A stretch of DNA of 64,000 bases from the NCBI GenBank assembly GCA_051294905.1, contig CM119371.1:21392001-21456000 (forward strand), given 5' to 3'. A program made the position numbers and the translations under genes. Below are positions 13,197 to 27,745 of this stretch, in pieces (within the stretch, counting starts at the first letter, position 1; each line of letters starts with the position of its first letter). The stretch comes from Botryllus schlosseri (taxonomy: Eukaryota). The notes beneath the pieces are model-generated. The model made no database searches. It saw nothing but the letters and a program-made list of their open reading frames with translations, and was not told the origin of the DNA.

Positions 13197-14758
13197 GTCT
13201 ATAGGCAGGTCATGTAACCACAAAACGTCGCTATGCCAGAAACATCAATCCATGGGTTTTTAGCTACTCATACATTTATGTCCCGTAGTTTTCAGATCGA
13301 CTGAGCTACATGCGCGATTCATTACGAAATGTCGCAGTAGAACCATATTTTCAATTCCTAATTGTTTGTAAACTGCCATTGTGATTGGTTCTTTATTTAA
13401 ACAATATGATCTATATCGGTGGCGTATAATTAGGCTACAGCGAATACACAGTGGTTCACAACTGGGGCTCCGCAATGTAGTTCGATGGGGTGCGCGAGGC
13501 CGCTAAATTTACAAAATGATTGAAACCCGTATTTTTATTTTATTTTGAAATAAATAAAACCATACGAGGCTATTTCGCTTCATTACTGCTACAACTCTTG
13601 ACTCACATCAAACGAATGATCGTCTGAGATGAAATATCCTACTGTGCAATTTCATTTTAATTGCCAAATTCCCAATGGCCTACCGGTAACAACATATTGC
13701 TGTTTAGTGAGGTTTTGCTGGGATTTGTGGAACAGTTAAAAAAGTAATAATAGAAAGGTCAATCAGCCTGATTCAAATGTGTGCGAAAATCCATTTTTCC
13801 TGTGATATAGGGGAGTTGTGGTACCGATGGATCTTGGAAATAAAATTGGAAAATGATCTATGGCTCCCAAAATAGGCGCCACATCTGCCCGACATACTCG
13901 CGATTCCACAACAACTACAAGATGAGCTGCTAAATATGAATGACTAGGATTGACGTTCTATGTTTGACAAAAAAAATCGGTTTATCAATTTTGGTGGCTT
14001 ATATGATGCAATCATACCCATAGGGGTCGTCAGAAGTGCATTATTAGGCTATTCGACATCATCTATTTTTGTGGACATAAATTCTTGTCACTCGTTCATA
14101 TCAAATCGAAGGCGCGGATTTCCAAGTCACGACCATGTATTTCAAGAAATGCAGCTGCAGAAATTGCTACCGTCTACCCAATTTCCACATAGACCGCGTG
14201 ATGTTATTCCCAGGAATAGTAATTTTGCTGCTATTTGGTAATGCAAAAAAACAGTTATTAATCGCAAAACATAATAATGGTTACACGACAATTGAGATAA
14301 TTTTGAACAAATTTGGGCGGTCCGCGGGGGTCCTTGACGGTCGAAAAGGGCTCCGCGGAGACAAAAACTTGAAAACCACTGGAGCACAATGAAGAATTTT
14401 TAAAAGTAGTCATTAATCATGCACGGAGCAGAGATTATAAGTGACTGTAAGTGAAATGATTTGACTTCACCGTAATATCTTATCGCAGGATGTTCTAACA
14501 AGTCGTTGGTAAATTTCTAATAAAACCAAGGCTCCTTTCTGACTGCATGTAGCATGTACCCATATATTGCGAGAATGAGAATTCTCGGATCCCGGGCCTC
14601 TCATATACCGTTTTCGCATCGTCAGGCATAATTCTGCAATCACACGTGAAGATAAAGGCATAGTTCATGTACAGTGACGGAAGTCAGTCATCTTTAAATA
14701 ACCACTTAAATTAGTATGATATGTCACGCGAAGTCGGTGTAATTGATGTCGTCACAAA

Positions 14759-16905
14759 CAGGGATGGTGTGATCCTATGAAAGGTTTAGATTCATGTGAA
14801 CGCTAACCATATTAAAAGGTTCTGTGTGAACGGGAACGTGAACCTCATGACGTCTCGTGACGTCATACTGCTAATTCCAAACCTGGATTTCAGTGAAGTG
14901 ATAGCCTATATGCCCTATATCAGAGGTCTCAAAATCAAATGTCCTTGCGGGCTAATTTCCTACTTTTTGATCTCGCCGCGGGCTGCAGCACCAATAATGG
15001 AGATTCAATGTATTTCCAAGAAGGACTTATTTGACGGGACCTTGCAGACTGACATTCCACACACATCGTGAAAATGTGATTCGCTGTTGTGAATTCTCGC
15101 CTGGCACGAAAAAAATCAAATTTTAAATTTTTTTAATAAAATTGTTGCTGTACGTGGCATAGTAGTTGTATATTTAGTTGTAGACACCGTGCGAGAGTAC
15201 AAAGGCATCAAAACGTTAAAATTTTGCAGCTATTGGACATTTGACGTAGTGTTACAATTATAGGAATAATATATTTGAATTTTAAAAATATCGATCTGAT
15301 ATTAGATCATGGTGTCAGTACAGCCTAATCCTGGTTTCGAGCATACTCATGATGACAAGGCTATTGATCGTGTCATTATCAAAGTCAACCAAATTAAATC
15401 AGCGTCATATCTACCTTCAAATATTGGAACAGATCTATAACAACTTGATATAATTATTACTCTGCCGTAGCAATAGAAATGTCCAATCGCCGAAGAATTA
15501 ATTGGTGTTACTGCTGTGAAGCGTATGCTCTGACTACTTTATACTCGCCACATGGAACTGGCGATAATAACAAGGATAAAGATAACCAAGGATGTAGGCT
15601 AACTAACTATACACATCAAGATGGAAACACAATGCCAATGGTTGACATATCGACCTGCTTAGATATCTAAATAAGCTACGCAGCACAAGCTAAGACCTTT
15701 TGATATATTACCATTACCCAAAACAATTTGATGGTTTGTTGCGTCCGTGGTTGTACCAAGTTATGGCGTTTCGAGTCACAATAAGTCCTTCTCTGATTGT
15801 AACGTTTGACGCGACTCAACTAGAGTAATTTTCATTTTATCGCACATTAAGTCCGAGTTCGAGTAATTCTACAAAAGGTCGCCACCAAGTCCAAATCACA
15901 ATTTTTAGTCACGAATCATCAACGGGTCATGTTTTACTATCATAAACAAGTAATGTGACGCAATAGTTGATCTTCCACTGCACCTTTTGAAAGTGATGTA
16001 ATATAGCGAAGTTTGCTGAGTAGTTTTAGAGCGAATTTCCGGTTCTCAAATAGAAAAAAAGATACTTAGCAGTTAAATATTGTCAAATATTCGAAATCAA
16101 AAATGCCGTCGTAGGCCGCACAAAATGAGTGTGCCTTATATTAATGTACGCGATACCCAGCAGCGACTCGGGCCACACAATGCCACAATGCTGAAGTACA
16201 TACTGACCTTTCAGACGTCAGTAAATGTATCAATCGGAGCAATCAAATGATATAATATTCCCATAAAATCAATATCTTCCGTTGCTTCGCCAACAATTTC
16301 GACGGGGATTTGTAGGAGAATATAAGCTGACGTCTGGGGGGGGTCATAGGGTCTGGTTTTACCCTAGTAGCAAGTTATACAGCAGTACCCAACACCCCAA
16401 TCGCACGGATTTGGTTTTTATAATGCAACAAACATTTAAAATCTACGTGGACCCCCCACGCTTGCTAGATTTTTTACATTAGACAATGATCGAAATTTCA
16501 ATGATTGTTTTAATGAGTATCATTCGCTGACTACCTACATTTCACGTATTTCGCTCTTGATGTCGCATGAGAACGGGTCAAGCTCACAGCAGAGAATCAC
16601 TAAATATTCACAAACAGAAGGCTGGATATTTCGAGCAAACTTGTTACAAAGCAGGTTCAATTTTGGAGATTGTCAAGGTGCATGCTCGTTTAGTGTTAAT
16701 TTATTATGTTGTCAGCGCCATGCATAGAGTGGCCCACAGTTGAAATGCAATAAATTTCAACAAAAGATGTTACAATGTAATTGTAATATATGAAAAAAGT
16801 TCACAGTGCAGAACCTACCAAGATTCGTTTGTAAACGTGAACCTCTAAATTCCCGAGGTTCACACACGGAACGCGAACGTGAACCTCGCGTTCACAACAA
16901 CCCTA
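14759..16905. mobile_element. older hAT-like non-autonomous element with GTGAAC subterminal repeats
   Basis: Degenerate TIRs CAGGGATGGTGTGA / TCACAACAACCCTA; GTGAACC repeats at both ends; flanks GTCACAAA/CTCACAAG. Confidence 0.55.
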
Positions 16906-17480
16906 CTCACAAGTTTTGTGCTCTATTTGCGTTCTTGCTGCAATGGTTATGATATCAAGATGAAATCCATAGAATTTTGATGATATATGGTAAAATTCCT
17001 TGAAAACAGATAGGTAAAACATTTTCAGAAGAGATTTCAGAAAAAGATTTTCAGAACCTTCAAAGTTTCGTTTATGAATGCGAACCTCTTTATTTGTACA
17101 CTGCTGCATAACTCATCATACACTATTGTCACTTGACATTTTTGATTATACTCTTCCATACAATAGCGGAAATGCAAAAGTTGCAGCAATATTCAAGATT
17201 ATATTACTAGTTTTATAAGCCCATGCCAAAAACTCCTGACACGAACCACATATATTTAAAATTGATTCCTGTATCTGAATGTATAGGTGTGACGACACCG
17301 AAAATGTGATTCAAATGTATCTATGGAACTCTTTGGCTCGAATATAGGTTTCGAGGTATCGGGTGATTATCGTCTCATGCTATCCCATGTATCTGTTCAT
17401 ACAGCGGATTTACCGCGAATTTAGAATCAAATTGCAATTGGGATTTTAATTGAATGATTTGAAGATATTGTTGTCATGGA

Positions 17481-17638
17481 CAATGTTCCCTCTAATTTTT
17501 GACGCGTCTGCGCACACTCAGCATCATACTGCGCAGATCCTAAGAAAACAGTGCGTAACGACTGAAAAACGATTAAAAAAGGTCATAACTTTTGATTTTT
17601 TGTGCGCAACTTACATTTTCTGTGCGCAGGGAACATTG
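17481..17638. mobile_element. 158-bp hAT MITE, CAATGTTCCC family
   Basis: TIRs CAATGTTCCCT...AGGGAACATTG; perfect TSD GTCATGGA. Other copies at 27746-27941, ~56060-56202 (inverted) and starting at 63978. Confidence 0.9.
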
Positions 17639-19804
17639 GTCATGGATATAACTAGCTATATTATTAATTCTACTGAAATTCGCAATAAATCGTGAGGTAA
17701 GCCACACCGACGTCCACATTCGCTTATTGCTAACGCTATTTGTTATTCGGTTAAACTTATAAATCAAATGCACACGCGCTATCCACTAAACCATAGCGGG
17801 CAACTTCTCCGATCGGCGGGCCGGATATGGGGATATACAGAATATATATGTTGATCGCATACATATCCACATATACAAGGAATAAATCGTATTTGATGTA
17901 AACTTTAAGCTCAAATCATAGAGACGAAAAGAGAATTTGATTAATTTATTAACAGTAGCTGTTGAAGTCAATCAGACATCTGTGGACGATCAGAATTGTC
18001 AGCAAGTTCTTTGCACTCTGGTTGCATACCCGCATGTAGACACCCTTAGTAAAGACTGCACGCTAACATTAGTTATATTGGAACGCAGCCTTGCCTCGTT
18101 AATGTTCTGTTCGTAGTCGAAAATATATATAGGGCCTACACCCGAAAAAAGCAACTCGTTTAACGTCCATCATTCTCAGGTTTGCAGACTTGGATTCATT
18201 CTGTAACACCAAAAATTTCTATACTTTCAGTATAAAATTTCAATTTCCGGGTAGAAAGACCCGGGTCTATATCCCCGGGTTTGGCCCGCGGGTCATATGT
18301 TGGCCGTCCCTGCACTGAACACACACACGCTCGATACCCATTTGATTGTAACGAGTCAAAGCTTCTAGGACCAAGTTATGACACAATTCGCATATCAACA
18401 ATCAACATATATTCAGAACCTTTATCTACTTATTACAGTCATGAAATTCACAATGGTAAACAATTTAATTTCAATTGCAAGACAATAGTTATTTTGAAAT
18501 GGGAAATAAGCTCGTGGCCAAAAAATGTTGGAAACTGCCCGATGTGTATTTTATAGTAATATACGGCAGAACTGATATTATTGACAGAATTAATTCACCA
18601 GGTATGACAAGCAGATGCATATAGTAAGCCGACAAGAAGTTACATCGATTACCATATGGTTGACCCTTGATTGGTGCTCATTTTTCTGGGCGGAAGTCAC
18701 TGAAAAAAATGTTATTTCGGACCTGTTTACAACCAGGTAACCGCATCAGCCTAACATTATAGCAGGGCTGTCAAACACACAACAGGAGCACCGCATAAGG
18801 TCCAACCGACGATTTCATCAGGTCCGTGAAGAAATCTGTGTCAGTCACAAGCAATCACCAGAGTCCACAATAGAGGCCCAACTCCAAACCTATGTTTAAT
18901 TCCACTCCTGTATACAATGGATAGGCGAGGCTTTGGCAGTGTGACATCGTATTGACTGACAATGTGTTCATACCTCATAGTAAAATCCGCAAGATGGCGC
19001 TAAAGAGTGCCCGGCATTTGATTAAGAAAATATGGTAACTCTAGTATGGAAGTGGTTGGTTTCGCAATTGTCTGAGGTCCACAAATAATGACCAAGGTCG
19101 TCTCAAGTCCCTTTCCAAGTGTTAAGGTCTATTTAGGCTCCTTCTTCCGAAGTTGTCTGCGTAAGCAGAGTTTCAACAAACCAAAATGCGTAGCAGTGGG
19201 CCGTGTTAGAAGTCGGCAGAAACGGGATACTGCATATCACAATCGAACAAATAAGGCAGCATTGCGGTTTTCAGTCAAGGTTGACGATGACTCATTCGTT
19301 CACGCAATCAACGTGAAATCGAACCGAAACTTTAGAAAATTTACAATAGGAAACAGTATGTCGACGGTTGCATTCGGTTCTATGAAAAATCTATCTAAAT
19401 TTTCATTCGGTGGGTTACCCGTGAAAATGGCAAGAATTGTCAGATTTGTAAATCAGCAAGAAAATGAATAAAGCGGAAAAAAATTGCCATAAATTACAAA
19501 TTTCCTGTTCTCAACTACACTGTAGAGTTGAGGCAAGACAACTTACGGCGATTTATATCATTAACCAACAATCACAATGAATATGAATATTGATCAACTT
19601 ATCGTATATTTTTGTATATGAATTGGTTTTACTTTCCGGCGTATTTACTGTCGATGATCGTTAGTAGCCATGAATAACGTAGTCGTGAAAATATTTTCAC
19701 AGATTTTATGAACACTTGATCAGTAGGTCTATTTCGGTTCGAGGAGCTTCATGAAGTTTGGTAAAGGACTCAAGAAAGGGGTAAGTCTAGATTTGAATTG
19801 CATA

Positions 19805-20952
19805 CAGGGATTTGGAGCTGGAGCCGGAGCATGGAGCCGGAGTGCCGTGCATTTTCAACGGATAAGGTGCTGGAGCCGGAGCTCTATATCAAATTCAGGT
19901 GGATCCGGAGCCGGAGCTGGAGCCATTGTTTGAAAAGTAGCGCCGGCTCAGATGTATTTCATAATATGCTAAGCTACTACAGTGGGCTGAATTCACGTAG
20001 TTGTATGGTAATTGCTCATAAAACTAGGAACTGTTGCGTCTTAGGCTCTACTTTTCTAGCTAAGCATGTCCATAGGTGCCAAACCTGGGTAGGCTAGATA
20101 TTCCGCGACTTACTCCGTAATTACCGCGTTGTGGGTATTCGTCATACCTGCAATATCGTCATCAACACAACACCGATGACCATGGAATTGTACAGATCGA
20201 AAGGTAATGATCACCAGGCATTCCAAATAACGGGATTTGTGCTTTTGTGAGCTGAGCAATATAACTAACTAGTAATCAGGTAAATATGTAAGTAACGCCA
20301 GATGATATAAACGTGACCTTGCTACACAGTGTACGTGTCGATTTGGAGGCACACACGCAGCGAAACATTATCTCTTATCGAACTAATCGACTAAATAAAT
20401 GCATATTCTTTGGTAATATTTTTTTAATCGTGGACAGTGCGTTATTGTGTATGCCTATATAATGCATACGAATTAAAATTCATTCCAGAGCATTGTCGTT
20501 TACTCCGGTGGCGAGATAGCGCAGTGGTATAATCCGCTGCTGCCACACCAATGGGTTTGCTGGTTCGAGTCCGACCGAGGTCGACTTCCGAATTCATATA
20601 CTTAAGTGTTGGAGGTTTATCTAGGCTCCGCCTCGCCATGTCATCCCCGTCAGCGGAGTCATCCGCGTCAGCGGCTCAACGTGTAGTCCGTTCACGTGCG
20701 GCTATGACGCTCTCGACAGACGACACGATGTAATTATCACGTCAAAGGACTTCACATACCCACATAAAATTCCATTTCCGTGCGACGGCTACAACCGAAC
20801 CATTCGATAGATTTCGGAGCCAGAGCTGGAGCTGGAGCCGCATCCGTGATAGCAATGAGCTCCGGAGCTGGAGCCAGAGCTAATTTAGGATAGAAGAGAG
20901 CTGTTAAGTTGGAGCCGGAGCAGTTATAAATTTACAGCTGCTCCAAGCCCTG
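19805..20952. mobile_element. hAT non-autonomous element with GGAGCC subterminal repeats
   Basis: Ends CAGGGATTTGGAGC...GCTCCAAGCCCTG; TSD ATTGCATA/ATTGCAGA; (GGAGCC/T)n arrays. Partial copies at 24450-24600 and 38215-38366. Confidence 0.8.
20507..20658 (+). mobile_element. tRNA-derived SINE, 5' half
   Basis: A box TAGCGCAGTGG and B box GGTTCGAGTCC; closely matches the reverse complement of 34690-34838. Confidence 0.8.
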
Positions 20953-21020
20953 ATTGCAGATACTACCGTATCAGGGTTTATCAATTTTTTGAGAAACACG
21001 CTTGCGAGAGATGGAAATTA

Positions 21021-21610
21021 CACGTTGTAATGACTAGAGTCATGACTTGACTCGAGTCCAGCTCGAGTCACGATTTTTTTGATGACTCGACTTGACTCGA
21101 GTCAAATCATTTTTTCAAAATACAGAAATAATTCGACTCGACTCGAGTCATATGTGCATTGACTCGACTTCAAATCGAGTCATTGCGTATGACTCGAACC
21201 AAGCCATATGACTTGAGACTCTGACGGTCAAGACTGACATCTCATTGTAATTTCGAAGTTTAGTGAAGTATCCACGCTATTGGGATTTCGTCTATTGGTA
21301 CTGGTACTTGGAATTCGACCAGAAACTGCTAAAAGCTAGGAAAACTAGTATATCATAAATGCGAACCATTCGGTATCACCAAACAGAGTTATAAAAAGTG
21401 GGTTTAAGAAGACTTAAAATAGAATCTGGGCAGTCAACACAATAACTCGGACATTGACTCTAGTCATAATACCATGACTCGGTCTCGACCCTCCGCTCGC
21501 TGACTTGGACTCGGACTTGACTCGGCGTTGAATTGAAAATGACTTGATTCAAAGCTATAAAAGTGGAATTGACTTGTGACTCGGAGCTTGGTGACTTGGT
21601 TACAACCCTG
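21021..21610. mobile_element. hAT MITE, GACTCGAGTC family (inverted relative to 520-2050)
   Basis: Right end GTTACAACCCTG, left end degenerate; internal sequence is the reverse-complement homolog of 520-850 and 1806-2050. Confidence 0.75.
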
Positions 21611-23189
21611 AGAAATTTTATCTGACATGGTGTTAGCCATGAAATCGTAGTCTTGTGATAATAAACGTGAGACCTGCTAGAACCCTTATCATCACAGGGA
21701 TTTTAGGTGACTTAATCGGCACACACGTTGACAAATTATCAACCTGGTATTTACTAGTGTTTTTCAATGCAATGACGCTAGTCTCGTAGTGAATTTGTTC
21801 TTTCAAAGGATTATATATTGATCAAACCTTTAGAAATGATCATTGATACTAATTTGGAGGACTGTTTTAGCTGGAGCAAGTCAAAAATCTACGAGAAATG
21901 TCAAAGTTTGCACTATTTTCTTCCACTTACGGATGATGATTCCGGAAAATGTAATTGACGTTCGGGCTCGGGACTCGTGCACTTCTGAACCAAAAACACA
22001 TTTTCTCCGTAAGGCTGAGTTTTGGAGTTTGGTCCTAAAGTGAACGAGCCCCGTCCTGGTCCGGCTCCGTCAAATTCGAATTTGGAAATTAAGCTGCGTG
22101 GTTCGCAACATACCACTTTTCAAATGTTAATCACCTTAATAGCTCTGAGAGAAATGCAGAGATATCTCAAATATGTGACTGGGGGTATTGAACTTAAATA
22201 GTTCTCTCAGCACCACATTCACCGCACCACCCCCTCAAAAATCTTCGTGTGCCCTCATCAAAGAGTTAACGGCACAATAACAAGCACAAAGACTGTCTGT
22301 ACAATCCTAAAATATCCAATAAAATACCGCTTATCGTCCGTGAAAGGTGTTGCATGATTTGATTTTCTCTTGTACCTTTGTTATGACTGCCGCAGTACGG
22401 GTACAGCTGGTAGCGTTCCTTTTTATGATTGCGAAGAAACAATATTGGACCCTGCCGAACTTTCCCGATTGGGGGTTTGGGATGCGGCGGTTACCGCCCT
22501 GGTGGATTGTATGAGTATTGTATACATTATAGTCATCTGCTGTTTCACTCACGTCGCGAATCCCAATGATGTTATCCCCGCTGTCTGATCGGCGTCTTCG
22601 TTCCACTATGGTGGGGAACAATATAATTATTCTGGGTCAGCTTCAAACAGTTCTTTGGTGAATTGGATACTATACCTAGATGTGGAAAATGCATTTTTTA
22701 TATGCAAGCTGTCAAATGTATATTGTAGGCATATGTCTTCGTACCTACTGAATTGGTGATGTCAGAACATTCAATCCGATGATACATTTATTCATGCGAC
22801 TCCTACATTATGCACAATGATTTCAAGGCGTAAATTTTAACCAACTCCATAGATTAATGTTCTGGGCTAAATCCTCCATCCATTATAATTGGTTGCAGTG
22901 GTGCCGTATACTTCCTCAGCCAGTTGATAATAATTGATAGTATATGGCAATCTCGGCGAATTTTATGTTACAATAGTACGACACGCGGAATTGCCGTAAA
23001 TCTGCATCAAATACACCTCAGTCTTTGTTTAATGCAAATTCCACATCCTTTTTAATGGCATACGACGAATAACCCTGCTGGAATACTTTATTACTTCGGC
23101 ATGAACTTCCAGTCATTTTACAGCTGCAGATTGTCATAGCCGGGTGACAAAAGCCGCTGTTCCTCCTCCAATTTTCAACTTCTACATTG

Positions 23190-24184
23190 TAATGTTGGGA
23201 TGACTCGAGTCATGACTTTACTCGAATCAGACTCGAGTCACATTTTTCGAGTGACTTGACTTGACTCGAGTCACTTTGCTAAAATGACTTGACTTGACTT
23301 GACTTGGCGTAGCAGAAATTTGGATTGACTCGTGACTCGGAGCAAAATTCACAAGTCAATTTTAAGTCATTAAGTAATTGGTGTCGATAAAAATCACTGT
23401 GTCTTCCATATGTTCGGATTGTTCGCAAAACGCTGGTGTAACCCGTGAAAGCGAACAATCATTCAATGATCATGTGTTTCACTAATGAATGTAAACATTC
23501 GATAGTTTCACTGAGCCTCCATTGTTCTCTTACAAATAAATCGACCACAAACGAAGTGATCGAAACTTACAGCTCACGTTGTCGTAAACCAATGGTAAAG
23601 TAATTTATTAGCTAGATATCCATTTCTGTTCTCTGTTCTCGCCTTAACCAAACATCTTGTTTTATTGCAATTGAATTCGAATATGGTTTATATGCTCTTC
23701 AATCATCGGCGCAGGATCGAATTGTATCATATAACTATGTAAATGGGAAATGTGTTTCATCTTATCAATTCTTTTCTCTCTTTTGGCTGGTAACTATAAA
23801 CTGAGACTATGCAATTACTTACGTAGTTGAACAGTTCTACGTATATTCGAGCAATACAGCGCCTTCTTGCGTGTATATTTAACTCTAAATTTGATCATCC
23901 GTTCCGAATCAATGACCACGCAATCTGTATTTCAGACAGGTAGCAAAATGCAATGACGTAATCATGCCTCATACTTCGAAAAGGCAACTTGACTTGAACT
24001 GTGACTTGACTCGTGACTTGACTTGACTTGACTCGACTTGAATCGAGTCACCTCCAAAAATCGAGTGACTTGACTTGACTCGAGTCACGTTCGAAAATCG
24101 ATTGAGTTAACTTGACTCGAGTCAAGATGTGCAATGACTCGAAATGACTCGTGACGTGAAGATAGTGAATTGATCCCAAAACTG
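23190..24184. mobile_element. hAT MITE, CAGTGTTGGGAT family (older copy)
   Basis: Degenerate TIRs TAATGTTGGGAT...ATCCCAAAACTG; perfect TSD CTACATTG; colinear with 32620-33560. Confidence 0.9.
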
Positions 24185-26359
24185 CTACATTGTGACTCCA
24201 CAGGTGCCACAACGTCTCATCACAGTCGACCGAAAAACTTTATGTATCCTACGTATAATTCGAATAAATGAATATATTTTTGGGCGAATAATATAACAAA
24301 TATGACTAAACGCTCAATAATTTTGCAATTTTTCAAGTAGTTCTATGGCCCATCTTAAAATGCTCCTGTGGCCCTCTGTTTGAAAACCCCAAGTCTAGAC
24401 CTAATTACGTTCTTTTAAAATCCAGTATTTTGTATAATTATGTCACAATCAGGGCTTTGGAGCAGCCAGAAATTTAAACTGCTCCAGCTCCGGCACCGGA
24501 GCTCTCTTCTATCATACATTAGCTCCGGCTCCAGCTTCGGAGCCGCATTATTACCACTGCTCCGGCTCCAGCTCCGGCTCCGGCTCTGAAATTATCGAAT
24601 AGGCCTATCTATATCAGGGGTTGTCAACCCGCGGGCCAAATCTGGCCCGCCAGCGGTTTTGCGTGGCCCGCGAGGTAATTTCCTATTATATTATCGAAAA
24701 TGAATTTCTCAGATTGTGAAATCGCTAGGCCAACCAAAATTCCAAATCTGGCTGCGACACTTGGGATGTTGATGACCAAAATATCAGTTCCAACGCATTG
24801 GCAGATCCAGGGTCCAATCACATTTTCAGAAAATCGTCGTACATTACAATAAACTCAAATAGTAGCGAAATTTTTCTTCATGCTTCGCGTGTTTTAAGGG
24901 TGGAGGCCAAAAATATAGATCAAATAATAGATCTGGCGATTTTGCACGTTGCTGGATTTTCTGCGGACCAGAAAGGTAGATTAGTAAGATTCTGCCACAA
25001 CCGATTGAGTATAGACTGCTGCTTCTTGATCCTGGTCGCTACCAGGATTAAAGTCTCGATTAAGGTACACAAGCATATAAATTTGGCGAGGTTTGTAATA
25101 GTTAGGACATTGTAGATTGGAATTGCTTATCTGAGGTTCGTTATAAAGATAGTGAAGATTGCATGTTGACGATATTTTGTTACCGGTACTCAATTGTGCT
25201 TCTCCTTATTGACTGATGATCATGTTATTACAGAATGTATAATGATAATGATAATTGCATACAAACTATGTAATAAATGAGTTCAGCCGTTCTCTTGCAT
25301 TGGATACAATCAACCAAGCCGTGAAATGCTACATCGCCAAACATGGCAAAAGAACAGCAGAACAGTAATTGAAGGTTGCTTCAAAACAAGAGAAAGTGCC
25401 CAAACTGAAAATGCCAGTTGAAGCCTTCAGAACATCAATTGGAAGAGTGACTGAAGATATGGTATCTGACCCGGTGATGGTGCTATTTATTTCAAGGTAA
25501 ATTTGTAGACATTGATTATATCCATAATGCAGCGCATATCAGTAAATTAATGGTTATAGCTGTCATACCAGCATAGGATCAGCCACTTGAACATCATTTT
25601 AAAAGTGATTCCACCGTATTGTCTGTAGTTACTGCAGAAAATCAATCATGTAAGTTATATTGCGAGAGAGTAATGAGAACTTGTTCGATATATTGACCGC
25701 ATTGAGAAGTGTTCCCCATGATGATGATCGGTTCGTGTCAGAGGCAACTCTTCTCGTTATTTTCATCACTACTTTTTGCTAACATATCAATTGTACGAGT
25801 GTAGATGTATATTATATCGAATTCTTTTCCAGTGGTGTATTGAAGGGAATGCATTCACGATATCAAACGTTTTTGTCATGAACATTCAGCGATTTTATAA
25901 TGAGATTTTTTGCTAGTCGCCAAATGATCGGTTTCAGTATTTGCCACCATACTAGCAAATATGCATGTGCATTGTGCATGTGTAAACATACGTATAGCCT
26001 CAAATCCTACTGGAACATCCACATGTTTTCCAGAAACAAGCTACATGGAATCGCAGTCAACATGCGTGACATAGACAAGTGATCTGCCGATCTGCCACCT
26101 GGTATGTAGCTTAAACTCATTTGAATTTCATGTCGGGTTGATATTTCAAAATATACAATCTTGCAGTTTGGCAAACTTTTGCTCCACTGCCCCAACTATT
26201 GTTATGTAAAAAATTAGCACATTGTACTGAGATTGCTAGTGAAGTGTATCTGCGAACGATAGAGTTGGAAATGGTGTTTGACTGCTTGAAAGATTGCTGA
26301 TTACCAGTGCAATGCACATAGTTACAATCCTGTAACAATTGATATAAGATGGTATACAA

Positions 26360-27093
26360 TGGAGCCTGACCGATTATATCGCTTTGCCGATAATATATAC
26401 TCGATATCACTCTTTGAAAGAATTATTGGTATCGGCCATTGAAAATGAATATATATGGGCAGTTTTCGTGAGGTCAAAGCATGGTGATAGGAAGTCCATA
26501 AACTATAATCTTTGACCACTAGACTGAGAATATTGATATATTTTGAATATATTACACTTTACAGGTGTCCTGATACAGCCTTTCTAGTTTATTTCCTGTC
26601 CAAGTATAGCATTGGCTGTAAAGCGGATCAAATAGATGCCCTGAAGGTTTTCAAATGCACATTTTAAGGTATTCCACACAATTTGAATATAGGCTATAGT
26701 GCAGTGGTTGTCAACCTTTTTTGAGACACGCCCCTCTTTATGATAGTGAAAAATTTCGCGCCCCCAAACCCCCCCCCCCTTATCGTCATATCACAAAATC
26801 CAACCAGGATGCTAGCAACCCCAACAGATTGTTTGATGGCATGGAAGGTTATGACTGTTGAAGAGAGTAATCGAAAATATGAAATTCGGTCTATATATGG
26901 AGAAACACGTGTGAATTTGGGGTAAATCGCGCACAGCGCAAAAAAATTTCAGTTGAGCGTTTCTTCGTGCCCCCCTTCAGATGCCTTCACGCCCCCCCAG
27001 GTTGAGAACCACTGCTATAGTGGTTATCGGTGAAGGGGTTAGATATTGGTTTTATCGGTATCGGCCCAAAACTCCAATATCAGTCGGCCTCTA
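26360..27093. mobile_element. hAT MITE with ATCGG subterminal repeats
   Basis: Degenerate TIRs TGGAGCCTGACCGAT / ATCAGTCGGCCTCTA; TSD GTATACAA/GTATACAT; related to 34957-36219. Confidence 0.75.
26702..27014. mobile_element. hAT (Buster-like) MITE nested in 26360-27093
   Basis: TIRs CAGTGGTTGTCAACCT...AGGTTGAGAACCACTG; perfect TSD CTATAGTG. Confidence 0.9.
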
Positions 27094-27417
27094 GTATACA
27101 TATACAATACATTGAAAACTACCAATTCTGCACTTTATGATCAGCTGGTTGCAGAATTACAAGAATTTAATGACAAGCTACTGACCGATTATTGGTTCAC
27201 CGCTCATATCGAATGGATACCCCACTTGGAAACAGATATTGATAACAGTCATTAGAGGAAAAATATCAGCCAACTAGGCAGGGAAAATTTCCAAATGATT
27301 TCTTTGTGATTAGCTTCCAAATACAAGTTTTAGTTTAATCATAGGTTACTAACTAACCGCAAGTTCATCATACGTTACTACCTCATCGCAGAGTCAATAT
27401 GAACTTCTTTTATTCAG

Positions 27418-27570
27418 ATAAACAATGAGCTGAGCATTAGACTGACGGTGTCCAAGATTGAGGAGCTCAAAGAAAGAAAAGATATGAGAGACGAAAAAAG
27501 ATATTTCAGAAAGCAAGAATTCGAAATGCGTATTGAAGAACATGTGATAAAAATGGAAAATATAGATTAG
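27418..27570 (+). pseudogene. candidate last exon of the Harbinger second (accessory/Myb-like) gene, charged coiled-coil
   Basis: Acceptor TTCTTTTATTCAG, then INNELSIRLTVSKIEELKERKDMRDEKRYFRKQEFEMRIEEHVIKMENID*, convergent on the transposase. No Myb domain was recognised. Confidence 0.4.
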
Positions 27571-27745
27571 AACTTGGACAATTGAGGAATTAGTGACATC
27601 TGTAATGCAATATTTCTTTGTTCAATCATTTCATTGTGCCTTCCTGTCAAGTTATGTAAATAGCCGAATACTCATTTTCTGAAAAGCAGCATTTCTTTAT
27701 AATATTTCATTGTGCCTGCCTGCCAAGTGTTCCTCGCCTTATAGG

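Noticed and set aside
13449..14381. Single intact CAGTGGTT MITE (similarly 2520-3461)
   Set aside because: TIR-like ends are visible but no matching TSD, so the boundaries cannot be supported; probably an old copy.
20507..20585. tRNA gene
   Set aside because: A and B boxes are present, but the sequence continues into the SINE body shared with 34562-34839; it is a SINE head.
23200..24150. CRISPR-like array of palindromic GACTCGAGTC repeats
   Set aside because: No constant repeat with unique spacers and no cas genes; these are subterminal repeats of a TIR/TSD-bounded hAT MITE in eukaryotic DNA.
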